64,000 bases of DNA from an uncultured candidate division Zixibacteria bacterium (GTDB lineage: Bacteria > Zixibacteria > MSB-5A5 > GN15 > FEB-12): positions 1-64,000 of the forward strand of contig CAWDXE010000005.1 in NCBI GenBank assembly GCA_963806185.1. Direction: 5' to 3'. Made by a program: the position numbers and the translations under genes. Below are positions 38,636 to 48,620 of this stretch, piece by piece (within the stretch, counting starts at the first letter, position 1; each line of letters starts with the position of its first letter). A model generated the notes under the pieces. That model ran no database searches, had not been told where the DNA came from, and was given only the letters and a program-made list of their open reading frames with translations.

Positions 38636-41600
38636 TCAAAACGCCCAGTCACCCTTCGGGCAGGCGCCGTGGTTGAAGTAGTAGTTCACAAGGAACGTAA
38701 CGTCAGCAAGATTCGGGAGACCACCGCTGGCATCAACGTCGCCGATGTGCTTGAACGGAATCGGTCCAGGCTTACCGGGTCCAAAGTTGATGTAATCGGC
38801 CAGATAAATGATGTCGGCCAGGTTCACGCCGCCGTCATTGTTGACGTCGCCGCGACCAAAACCGGCCCACTTGTTGACCAGATCCGCCAAAGCGGCAATG
38901 TTACCCGCCGACGTCGTCGGATTCGCAATACCGCTCAGCGCGAAGTTCGCGACACCAAACGACGTGGTGTCGTTCGGGCCGAAGTCCTTCGTCGCAATGC
39001 CGTACCGAACCTGTTCGTCGTCGGAGGCTTCGAAGTTGGCTACTTGAGCGTAGAAGCCCGGGGCCAGCGACATATCGTAATACATCGAATCCCAGTCAAC
39101 TAGCGGATCAAACATACTCTGCTGCGAAGACATACGCTTCACAACACGCAGAGCATCGTAGCCGCATCCGAACGGTACCTTGACCATACCAGCTACCGTG
39201 GTATTCGTCGCGCCGCGCGTGAACGCCCACCCTACTGAGTGGTTGCGATCAATCGCCGCCGAGTCAGTACCTGTGGCCGCCGGATCGTCAACCACGTTCA
39301 TGTCGTGGTCGAAGTTAGCGCCAAAATACCAGCCCTTCACCGAGTCGCCATTTCTCTCTTGGAATTCCATGATCTCAAGGGTCATGTTATTCAACAGGGA
39401 AACAACAGCCGGTGCATCGGTCACACCGATGGTGCGGGTGTTAACATAGAGACCCATCGTCAGAGCAGCGTCAAACGGACGCGGCTGCGCGAGTTCCCAG
39501 TCCCATCCGCCGGCTCCGTCGTCAAAGTTCTGCACCGAGTCAATATAGCTCTTGCAGACCAGATCGCCGGAAACCGCGAAATACGTGAGACCGTCAGCCG
39601 TAGCGTCGCCCAGGGAAACACCCGTCTGCAGAGCCGGCTTACAAGAGCCGTCGCAGAAGTTCGGGTCACCCTGCATCGAAATCCACGCCTGAGGTTCAGT
39701 CGAACCGCTCTGCCACGGAACTGCGTTCATCGCGATACGGATCGAATCAACACCGTACACGTAGGTACCTGCGAACAGGATATCTGCGGAACCGTCGATC
39801 TCGATACCATATGGCGTCCAGTCGGCCATGGCAACACGACCCATGTTACAAACGATCTGCGTGTTCGCGCCGCCCGCGCCGAACGACAGGAACGTCGTAT
39901 CGGTCAAGCAACCGCCAACAAGACACAACTGCATCTCAGGACGCATCGCTACGTCGTTGAGATAGTAGTCCGGATCGTTGATCGTCGTGAATTCAACAAA
40001 GAAGCACTGCGGACCACGGCTGATGGCCGGACCATCAACACGCACCGTGATACCGGAAGTGTCACCAGGAGCGGTAACAATGTTACCGTTCGCCGGAATG
40101 AATACGTCGCCCGGATACGTTCCGTTTTCGATCAGGAAGAACGGAGTCGCCAGAGCCGCACGATTCATGATCGAACGAGTAGTCGCTTCCTTAGCCGGAG
40201 CGTTTACATCGTCGGTCAGAGCCGTGGCCATGACGAACGCGTGGCTGTTCTTCGTCAGACGATCGGCAATCGAAGACGCCGAATGGGCAATCTGATCGCG
40301 TACCATCTTGAACGAATTGCCGCGCGCCGGACTCGGCGGAGTCGTGCCGTTCGACGTCGTCGACGCCGTCAGGCTGACCAGCAGGTCCGTGCAGCCGGTG
40401 TTCGTGTAAATGTCGGCAAACGTAATCGGCGTGTCGTACAGTGAACCGAACGGCACCGGGAAGTAAACCGGCGACGGTTGGAGCAGTTCCAAACGCGGAC
40501 GATCAACGTTCGTCTTCTCGAGGTCATACAGACCACCCTGCGCGTCTACGAATACGACGTGCAGGTCGCCATCCACGTCCGTACCAACTGCGCCCATGCC
40601 GCCACGGTTGGCGTCAACAGCGTAATCAATACGACGATGGAAGACTTCATCGCCATTATTGGAATTAAAGAATCCCAGATAGCCCGCTTCACTGAACGCG
40701 ATTGCATAATCAGGCGCGTCCGGTTCGCATGTCAGCACACCTTCGTTGAAGATACGCTGCAGGCCGCTCAGACCACCACCCGAGGCAGTCTGCGGGAAGC
40801 TGGCCGCTGCCCAAACCTGCGCACCATTGCGCTTGTCGAAACAAACCAGGTCGCCGCCCAGCGGATGAGGAATCCAGCGCGTCACCGTAGGAACGATGAC
40901 CGTTATGGCATCCAGCATCATGTGCGAACGCACTGCCCGCATCGAGAGCACATCCCATATGATCGCGCCCGTGCCGGCATTCAGCTTGTACAACACGCCG
41001 CCGGCCGGTGAATTACCGTCAGACTGCGAGTTGACAAACAACGTGCCTTCGGAAGCATCATAGGTCGGGCCACAGAGGAAGTATTCAAACGTCACGCCCG
41101 TGCCCAGAGCACTCGCCTGCAGACCACCGGTCGCAGCCAGGTTCCAGACATTGGCGCCGGTCCCGCACGAGATCGCCTTGACGTCGCCATTCCCCACCAG
41201 CGTGAACTGTGAGAAATAGAGATTCGCGCCGTCCGTCGTGATCGACTTCTGCGCGCTCATACCAAGGTTCACCGGGCCGGCCCAGAACGGAGTTCCGTCC
41301 GTCGCGTCGGCCGCATAGCAGAAGTTGTTGTCGTCGGTCCAGTATACAACATCGGTACCGCCAACATTAACCACTACCACCGTTCCATAACGCGTGTTGC
41401 CCATATCGAGAGGAGCAAGACCGTTCCAGCTATTGGTCAGATCCGCGCTCCATACCATAGTCGCCGGTATCGTGGAAACATCCCACGCCGACATGCCGCC
41501 CGGAATACCGGCCGACAAGAACAAATATGGTACGCCGCCAACTTCGTATACCGAAGGCGTGCAACGTGCATCACCGCCGATTTGATCGAAATTGGTGACT

Positions 41601-43795
41601 GTCGAAATCGTCTGCAAAATCGCGCCGGTCGCCAGATCGGTGATCACGTACGCAGACTGAATGCCGTCACGATAGGCGCAAATCACATTGCCGTCCCAAA
41701 TGATCGGGCCGTTGTCTGCGGTGACCAGTCCAGCGCCACCGTCACGGAAATGGCTCCAGTTCAACGTCAGATCGCAATAGGCATCGCCGATCGAATTGAT
41801 CGAAGCACTGGTACGATTGAAATCGTGAGCCAGCGTCGGCCAATTGTCTTCGACACCGCAAGCGCGTTCTGTCGGAGGAATCGAGCACATATCAACTTCG
41901 AACATGAAGTTGTCATCATAACCCGCGGCAATGGCGAAGCTGCGCCAGTACGGCGGATTCACACCGTCATCAACCATATCCCAGACGCCGCCGTTCTGCA
42001 TCGCATGCGGGTGACCCGAAGGCGGAGAGCCTGAGTCTTCCGAATACTGATACAAGAAATCGGTCACGTCTCCCGGATTCGGGAATATCGGCGTCCAACC
42101 AACATAAAAGTCACCGACGACCTGGTAGCCGCCGGGGATTACCACTTCCGTCCACCCAGGCCAGAACGTCGGAGACGGTACAGCCTGAGAATACAACAAG
42201 GCTCCCGGACCAGACGGCGTCGACGCCCAAATAGAGGCGTTGATACCCGCTGTGCCCGCGCCATTAAAGTCGATCAGGAAACGCATCTTATCGATGCGAT
42301 TGACGACTATACCTTTGATTTTCTGAGCCACAGCCACACGACCATTTGTGACTGTCGGGTCTGGCCGGACTGAATAGACATAATAGTCCGGAGCATCATA
42401 GAGCACCTTCGTCGCACAAACCTTGAACTCATCAGCACAAAGCTGCGGACGAATGTCCCAGTTGCCGTCATACACGAGACCGTAGCCAGGACCGAAGTCC
42501 GGGTTGGTCGCGGTACGATCCCACTCGGCGAGCGGAGCGGTGAAATTCACCGAACCACCACCATAAGTGCCGTCGATGGCATAACGGAAATACACCGCAC
42601 CATCGGCGATATTGTCGCTCGACATCTGTACCGTAATATGGTACGGACCAGGAGCAAGTACCGTACCAAACGGGAACGGCACGATGGCGGTATCACGACG
42701 GATAGGCAGAGCCGAACCATCGTTGTTCGTCACCGGATAGATATTGGCCAAACCGCCGGCCAGCGTCGCGGTATGCAACGGACCTGTCGATTTGTCAATA
42801 TAACCCAGTGAATCAGCCCACACCGACACCACGAGTCCGTTGGTGCTGGTCGGACCATACAGGTAGTGCGGCGGCTTCGCCGGGCTGCCCGAACCGGTAT
42901 TGTCAACCGTCATGACCTTCACGGCATTGAGGGTCTCAGGACCTTCAGCGACAAACCGCTGAGCAATACCATTCAGGATGGCCGGAGCAAAACCCGGTTC
43001 CGGAATCGGAATCGAATACATGCCGCGCGGATCGATAACATTGCTGTAGCACTCGGAATAGAAGAAGCACTGGTTCGCAGCAATGCGAGCATCATAATCA
43101 GTCCCGAAGGCAGCAAGAATCGTCGTCCAGCCGGCCATATAGTAACGGCCGCGACCAGTCGGCGAACCACCGTTGCCGGTGATGCCAATCTGCATCGTGT
43201 CGGACGCGGCGCCGGTGACGATTGCGCTAATCCAGTATGAGCCCGTGCCTTCCGGTACGTTTACCGTCGACGGAAGGGTGTACAGGATGTTCCCCACCAC
43301 AGGCGTGAAGGGAAACGAGGCGATTACGGTACCCGGAACACCAGCGTTATCAGCATGAACACTGATGGTCAACGTCGGAGTACCAAATACGCCGTAGCAC
43401 CGAATGCCGACTTGATACACTTCGGCTCGGTATTGGGGAGGTACATCGAAGCTCATGGCCATGCCTTCGCCCCAATCACCAGCGAACTTCACCGAGTAGT
43501 ACGGACCGGCAAGAGCATAATCCGTGATTCCGCAAGAGGTGGTGTCAACTGACGCCACATGCAGGTTACCGGAATTATCCTCAACCGGAACCGGACCACT
43601 AATCGGACGATGGCTCGCCGGGAGGGTCTGGCTAAAAGGCCAAGTAGCCACTTTCGACGAGGGATTGACCGGTGCCGTTGGATGGAGCACCGACTTTTCC
43701 ACTCGGTCGACTTTCGGATTCTCCGAAAATGCTGTACCGCCAAGAGCTACGACTAACCCTAAAACAAGTACGGCTATTAGTAGTCGTTTCAACAT
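38636..43795 (-). CDS. Large (1719 aa) secreted/surface protein with PQQ-like beta-propeller and C-terminal dockerin-like domain
   Basis: Signal peptide; WPT..HDFNRT and repeated xxxGxxxW propeller blades; RGDVNNDGGVNLADIIYL; SD AAGGAGG. Confidence 0.85.
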   Translation of the reverse strand: MLKRLLIAVLVLGLVVALGGTAFSENPKVDRVEKSVLHPTAPVNPSSKVATWPFSQTLPASHRPISGPVPVEDNSGNLHVASVDTTSCGITDYALAGPYYSVKFAGDWGEGMAMSFDVPPQYRAEVYQVGIRCYGVFGTPTLTISVHADNAGVPGTVIASFPFTPVVGNILYTLPSTVNVPEGTGSYWISAIVTGAASDTMQIGITGNGGSPTGRGRYYMAGWTTILAAFGTDYDARIAANQCFFYSECYSNVIDPRGMYSIPIPEPGFAPAILNGIAQRFVAEGPETLNAVKVMTVDNTGSGSPAKPPHYLYGPTSTNGLVVSVWADSLGYIDKSTGPLHTATLAGGLANIYPVTNNDGSALPIRRDTAIVPFPFGTVLAPGPYHITVQMSSDNIADGAVYFRYAIDGTYGGGSVNFTAPLAEWDRTATNPDFGPGYGLVYDGNWDIRPQLCADEFKVCATKVLYDAPDYYVYSVRPDPTVTNGRVAVAQKIKGIVVNRIDKMRFLIDFNGAGTAGINASIWASTPSGPGALLYSQAVPSPTFWPGWTEVVIPGGYQVVGDFYVGWTPIFPNPGDVTDFLYQYSEDSGSPPSGHPHAMQNGGVWDMVDDGVNPPYWRSFAIAAGYDDNFMFEVDMCSIPPTERACGVEDNWPTLAHDFNRTSASINSIGDAYCDLTLNWSHFRDGGAGLVTADNGPIIWDGNVICAYRDGIQSAYVITDLATGAILQTISTVTNFDQIGGDARCTPSVYEVGGVPYLFLSAGIPGGMSAWDVSTIPATMVWSADLTNSWNGLAPLDMGNTRYGTVVVVNVGGTDVVYWTDDNNFCYAADATDGTPFWAGPVNLGMSAQKSITTDGANLYFSQFTLVGNGDVKAISCGTGANVWNLAATGGLQASALGTGVTFEYFLCGPTYDASEGTLFVNSQSDGNSPAGGVLYKLNAGTGAIIWDVLSMRAVRSHMMLDAITVIVPTVTRWIPHPLGGDLVCFDKRNGAQVWAAASFPQTASGGGLSGLQRIFNEGVLTCEPDAPDYAIAFSEAGYLGFFNSNNGDEVFHRRIDYAVDANRGGMGAVGTDVDGDLHVVFVDAQGGLYDLEKTNVDRPRLELLQPSPVYFPVPFGSLYDTPITFADIYTNTGCTDLLVSLTASTTSNGTTPPSPARGNSFKMVRDQIAHSASSIADRLTKNSHAFVMATALTDDVNAPAKEATTRSIMNRAALATPFFLIENGTYPGDVFIPANGNIVTAPGDTSGITVRVDGPAISRGPQCFFVEFTTINDPDYYLNDVAMRPEMQLCLVGGCLTDTTFLSFGAGGANTQIVCNMGRVAMADWTPYGIEIDGSADILFAGTYVYGVDSIRIAMNAVPWQSGSTEPQAWISMQGDPNFCDGSCKPALQTGVSLGDATADGLTYFAVSGDLVCKSYIDSVQNFDDGAGGWDWELAQPRPFDAALTMGLYVNTRTIGVTDAPAVVSLLNNMTLEIMEFQERNGDSVKGWYFGANFDHDMNVVDDPAATGTDSAAIDRNHSVGWAFTRGATNTTVAGMVKVPFGCGYDALRVVKRMSSQQSMFDPLVDWDSMYYDMSLAPGFYAQVANFEASDDEQVRYGIATKDFGPNDTTSFGVANFALSGIANPTTSAGNIAALADLVNKWAGFGRGDVNNDGGVNLADIIYLADYINFGPGKPGPIPFKHIGDVDASGGLPNLADVTFLVNYYFNHGACPKGDWAF

Positions 43796-44339
43796 TTAAT
43801 TCCTCCTTAAAATAGGGAAACGGCTGAACCCATCTTCCAAAGCAGGCGCCTTACCCGACCTGCCAATATTATTATCGGCGGCCATTGGGCAATTCACCAT
43901 TTTCCCACTTTTGTGTCTAGGGAAGTGTGAGATCAAAACTCTGGTTAACAAATTCGTCATCTTCCTAATTCTGGAGTCGGAGTTATTGCAAGTACTGACT
44001 AACTCCAATTGTCATGCAAAAGACGCGCTTCTGAACTCTGATAGTCAGGCTTAAAATCGGTTCACCTCCTGATAGTCCCGCAGAAGACATGGCGGTTTGT
44101 AGGGTTCCTGATTAATAATAGAGGTGAAAAGTAATCGGACGCGAACGGACTGAATCAACTCGTCTCGTAACTCATCGTTGACCTCATAAGCCAACATTTC
44201 GTCACCAGACAAACCATGCCCTTGCATCGCAAGGACCGGCTTTCGTTATCGATTCGTCGTTCTTTGTAGAGGTAGGCTATTCGCTGACTACGATTTGGCT
44301 CTCAAGCCTGCAAACAACCATTACACGCACTCGATTGTC

Positions 44340-44367
44340 AATGTACGCGATAATCCTGAATTGTCAA
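44340..44367 (-). promoter_or_regulatory. Putative sigma-70 promoter for the 1719-aa gene
   Basis: Minus strand TTGACA-N16-TACATT. Confidence 0.5.
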
Positions 44368-44680
44368 GATTAAATCTGGAACCTTTTTCCACTTTCGCCG
44401 TAGTTTTCCACACCCCGCACCGCATGTAGGACAAATTTTCCACCGTTTTCCGTACTTTGCCGTACCCCTCACATCATGCTCCCATCAGTGCGCCGGATCC
44501 GTAGGTCGGGTTTCGGAGCGAGCGCCGGCTCGCGTAGAAACCCGACACCCTGGCCACTCATCTCCACCGGAATCGTCGGGCTGAGTGGAGATACCACCTT
44601 TCACCTCCAATCCTGGCTCTGCCCTCCACGCCAACCTCCAATCCCTTGACTTCGCCACCCCGCATGCCCGATCTTCCTCC

Positions 44681-47086
44681 ATGCGACTCCTCAACCTCGA
44701 AATCGATAACTTCCGCGTCTTCCGCCACGTAAGCCTGATGCTCCCGGACAAGATCATCGGTATCATCGGCCCCAACGGCGCCGGCAAGTCATCACTCGTC
44801 GAGGCTGTCGCCTGGGCGCTTTATGGCAACCAGGTCGCCCGTTCCGCCAAAGAGGAAATCAAGTCGCTTCTGGCCGCCCCCAACGATCCTTGCCAGGTCG
44901 TGCTCGACTTTGAAATCCGCGGCCAGACCTACCGCGTGCTCCGCCGCCTGGTCGGCAAAACCGAACGGGCGGAAAGCGAAATCTGGCGCGACGGCGTCAG
45001 GCAATCGATCGGGAGCACTGAATCGATCACCTTCATCAGCAGCCTGCTCCGGCTCGACTGGCGCGGTTTCCTCACTTCGTTTCTGGCTCGCCAGCAGGAG
45101 CTCAACTCCCTCTCCGATCTCCAGCCGGCCAAACGACGAGAGCAACTGGCTGCCATGCTTGGAGTAGAACGGGTCGACGATGCCATCCGGCGGGTCCGCG
45201 ACGATGCCCGTTTGCTGGCCCAGAAGACCGAACTCCTCGGCCGTCAGGCCGTCGATCGGGAGCAGCTCGGCGCCAAAGTTCAGGGACTTCGGGAGCATGT
45301 AATCCGCTTCCGTTCTGCCCGCGAAACGAACGCGGGAGCATATTCGGTGGCACGTTCAGCATTGGAGCAAGTCACTGTCCGACACCGGGAGCACGAAGAC
45401 AAACGAACCCGTGCCACCGCCATCGACGGCCGCATGTCGACCCTCGAAGCTACATCATTAATAGTGGCCAATCAGGCCACCACGCTCACTGCCGAACTGA
45501 CTGCCCTCGAACAGGCCGAAACCAGACTGGCTGACCTGACCGCCGGACTCGCCGATTACGATAATGTCCGCACCCAACTTGAGGTACTCCGCGACGCCAA
45601 GGCAAAACTCGACCGGCGCACCGATCTTGAAAGACAGCTCCACGCCGATACCGCCGAACGCGGCCAACATACCGCAAAGTCCGCTACCGTCCGAAAGACT
45701 GTGGACTCGCTCCGCTCCCAACTTGACCAAATGCCTGTGGATATCTCAAATCGACTGGCCGACGCCGATCACCAACTCGAGATATCCCGGCAAACCTATG
45801 TCGAACTCCAGGCCCAGTTGGTCTCCGCTCGACGCGAACTGACCAAGGTCGAAAAGCAAATCGCCGACATCTCTTCGTTTGGCAAAGGCACCACTTGCGA
45901 CCGGTGTCATCGCCCCTTTGGCGATGAGCTCCCCGAGATCAAAGCCCACCTCGAAACCGAGGCCGCCCAGATTCGTCAGATTGTCGCAAACCTCGCGATA
46001 AAACTATCGGAAGCCGAAATTGCCGGCAAAGCCCTTCGTCAAAGCGCCGACCAAATCCGGGCCGACCAGACACGCCGCAAAGAAGTCGAATTGACCCTCA
46101 GCCTGACCAGCCGCGAGCTGGCCGAAATCGACCGTCAGACCTCGTCAGCCGCCAGCCGCCTCAAACAGACCAGCGAAGCCCTGGCCCAACTTGGCGACGT
46201 TACCTTCGACCAACCCCTGTTCGACCGGGTAGCTGTTAGATTCAAAGAACTTGAAAACCTGCGCGCTCAGCGCGACCAGTTGGCCGGCTCCCTGACCCGA
46301 CTGCCCAATGTTCGTACCCAATTAGCCGCGACCCACGCCAACCTCGAATCAATCCGCCAGGAACTGTCCACAGCCCAAGCCGAACGCGTCGCCGTCGGCT
46401 TCGACCAGACCGCCTTCGCCAAGACTTCAGCCGAATTCAATACCGCCTCCCAGGCCGCCGACCTCGCCCGCGACCAGTTGAACAGAGCGACTCTCGAACT
46501 TGAATCCTCCGAACGAGAGCTAGCTGTGTATGAGAAACAACTTGCCGATCTTGCCACGGTGGCCAACGATTTGGAGACGGCCCGCACCGATCAGTTTTAC
46601 GCCGAGAAGCTGAACACCCTGTTTGGTGACTTTCGGAAAGTCCTGATCGCCCGCATTCGCCCCCGCCTGGCCGAACTGGCCAGCGGCCTCATTGCCGACA
46701 TGACTGCCGGCCGGTACAACCTGATTGATCTCGACGAAAATTACGACCTGCGCCTTTTGGCCGACAGCCAGTATTTCGGGATCGAGCGATTCTCCGGTGG
46801 CGAAAAGGACCTGGCCAATCTTTGCCTGCGGCTGGCGATTTCGCAGGCCCTAACCGAGTCGGCCGGTCTCGACCGTTCATTTGTGATTTTGGATGAGGTT
46901 TTTGGATCGCAAGATGAGGAGCGGAAAGAGTTGATCCTGAGCGGCATGGGGCATCTCAAACGCTCCTTCCCGCAGGTTTTGTTGATCACGCATATCGAGT
47001 CGATCAAGGATCGTGTCGAAACATTGATCGAAATCCAGCCGACCACGAGCGGCTGGTCGGAGGTTCGCGTAGTTGGGCAGACGTAA
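44681..47086 (+). CDS. SMC-family ATPase, SbcC/Rad50-like
   Basis: Walker A GPNGAGKSS, coiled coils with CDRC zinc hook, FSGGE signature, ILDEVFGSQD, LITH. Confidence 0.92.
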   Translation: MRLLNLEIDNFRVFRHVSLMLPDKIIGIIGPNGAGKSSLVEAVAWALYGNQVARSAKEEIKSLLAAPNDPCQVVLDFEIRGQTYRVLRRLVGKTERAESEIWRDGVRQSIGSTESITFISSLLRLDWRGFLTSFLARQQELNSLSDLQPAKRREQLAAMLGVERVDDAIRRVRDDARLLAQKTELLGRQAVDREQLGAKVQGLREHVIRFRSARETNAGAYSVARSALEQVTVRHREHEDKRTRATAIDGRMSTLEATSLIVANQATTLTAELTALEQAETRLADLTAGLADYDNVRTQLEVLRDAKAKLDRRTDLERQLHADTAERGQHTAKSATVRKTVDSLRSQLDQMPVDISNRLADADHQLEISRQTYVELQAQLVSARRELTKVEKQIADISSFGKGTTCDRCHRPFGDELPEIKAHLETEAAQIRQIVANLAIKLSEAEIAGKALRQSADQIRADQTRRKEVELTLSLTSRELAEIDRQTSSAASRLKQTSEALAQLGDVTFDQPLFDRVAVRFKELENLRAQRDQLAGSLTRLPNVRTQLAATHANLESIRQELSTAQAERVAVGFDQTAFAKTSAEFNTASQAADLARDQLNRATLELESSERELAVYEKQLADLATVANDLETARTDQFYAEKLNTLFGDFRKVLIARIRPRLAELASGLIADMTAGRYNLIDLDENYDLRLLADSQYFGIERFSGGEKDLANLCLRLAISQALTESAGLDRSFVILDEVFGSQDEERKELILSGMGHLKRSFPQVLLITHIESIKDRVETLIEIQPTTSGWSEVRVVGQT

Positions 47087-47738
47087 AAGGGGAAAGCTGG
47101 GCAAAGTCATTCTTGGTGTGGGGGCGGTTGCCGCCGCTGCCGGACTGGTCACTGTCCGTCTCCCCGAACAGACCGGCGACAAACCGCTCGAGGCCCAGAA
47201 CCGGTATGTCGTCGCGCGTGTACTCGACGGCGACACGTTTGAGCTGGAGGGAGGTGATCGCGTCCGCCTGCTGTCGATCGACACTCCCGAGGCTGGTGAA
47301 CCTCTTCACGACGAAGCCAAGCAGCTGCTTAGCAAGCTGACGCTCGGCAAACCGGTCCGCCTCGAATTTGCCACCAACCGCCGCGACAAATACGGCCGTC
47401 TGCTCGGCTACTTGTATGTCGACTCGATCTTCGTCAACAAGATCATACTCGAAAACGGCCTCGGGTATCTGTATCTGTTCAAGGATAATGATGTGCATTC
47501 CGCCGAGGTCCGCACGTTGCTTACGGCGCAGCGGTCGGCGCTGTCGCGCCACATCGGATTGTATGCGCTCGAGCACGAGAAAGAGTCGTACTACGTGTCG
47601 CCGAACCGGGGGTTTCGCTTCCATCGTCCGGGCTGCCGGGGAATAGAGTCATCGCAGGAGACGTCGTTGCGGAAGTATCCGTCCCGTGAGGAGGCCTTGC
47701 AGGATGGCCTGAGTCCCTGCCGCACCTGCAAGCCGTGA
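47073..47738 (+). CDS. Thermonuclease (SNase) with C-terminal Ada-type metal-binding domain
   Basis: VLDGDT, VRLLSIDTPE, DKYGRLLGY; FHRPGC..PCRTCKP. Confidence 0.9.
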   Translation: MGRRKRGKLGKVILGVGAVAAAAGLVTVRLPEQTGDKPLEAQNRYVVARVLDGDTFELEGGDRVRLLSIDTPEAGEPLHDEAKQLLSKLTLGKPVRLEFATNRRDKYGRLLGYLYVDSIFVNKIILENGLGYLYLFKDNDVHSAEVRTLLTAQRSALSRHIGLYALEHEKESYYVSPNRGFRFHRPGCRGIESSQETSLRKYPSREEALQDGLSPCRTCKP

Positions 47739-47746
47739 GAGGGAAA

Positions 47747-48091
47747 ATGAAACGCCCGAACGTCTACATACTGCTTTGCTCTGACAATTCGTACTACACG
47801 GGCTCTTCGACTGATCTGGAGACCCGCATCGCGCAGCATCAGGCGGGTCAAGTGGATGGGTATACTTCAACCAGGTTACCTTGTAGACTCGTGTTCAGTC
47901 AGGAGTTCGCTTCCGTACTGGAGGCTGTTAGCGCGGAACGCCAAATCAAGGGATGGACCCGGTCAAAGAAGGAAGCACTGATCCGGGGCGATTTCGATCT
48001 TCTCCACGCTTTGTCTCAATGTCACAACTGGTCCTGTTCAAGAAATACGCAGAGACGTGACATGGAGGTGGTGAACAAGAATCGCAAATAG
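47747..48091 (+). CDS. Small GIY-YIG nuclease (UPF0213-like)
   Basis: VYILLCSDNSYYTGS..RIAQH..YT..ERQIKGWTRSKKEALI. Confidence 0.92.
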   Translation: MKRPNVYILLCSDNSYYTGSSTDLETRIAQHQAGQVDGYTSTRLPCRLVFSQEFASVLEAVSAERQIKGWTRSKKEALIRGDFDLLHALSQCHNWSCSRNTQRRDMEVVNKNRK

Positions 48092-48620
48092 AAGAGTCAC
48101 CCTTCGACTGCGCTCAGGGTGACGCTTTGCGGACTGGCGGGATCGGTGCGCGTATGTATAGCTTTGCACTTTGGAATGGGGACAGAGAGTTCATCGTCAC
48201 AGTCTACTCCGCGGCTCCAGGCATGTCTTAGGTACGGTCAAGCGATGGACCGCCATTCTCTTGCACGCCTCTCTTTCGGAAGTGAGGAGCCAACAACTCG
48301 GCACTGCCATGTCGCTTACCCCACTAATATGAATCGGGCTGGCGGTCGGACATATCCGTTCACTCGCGGGCTAAGTTGATCCGCGGAACGTCACCCTGAG
48401 CGCAGTCGAAGGGTGATGACGCCAGCAGCACCCGCTCGGAGACTCGCATCGGTGCTGCCCTACTACCGTTCTTCGAGAGGCTTACCGTCGGGTTTCTCCG
48501 CGAGCGTGGCTCGCTCCGGAACGCGACCTACTACTCCCGGCAGAAGCGCCCCCCCGCTTCAGCCTTCCCTCCCCCCTGCCGATATATCCCTCATGTGCCA
48601 TTTGGAACGGGAGACCTACA

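Noticed and set aside
39239..40444. Long antisense ORFs (also 19260-20093, 25405-26094, 50417-51298, 61322-62245)
   Set aside because: Shadow frames of well-supported genes in GC-rich DNA, with no motifs of their own
44380..44450. oriC defined by DnaA boxes
   Set aside because: Only one consensus TTTTCCACA plus two mismatched copies and no dnaA/dnaN nearby; insufficient alone
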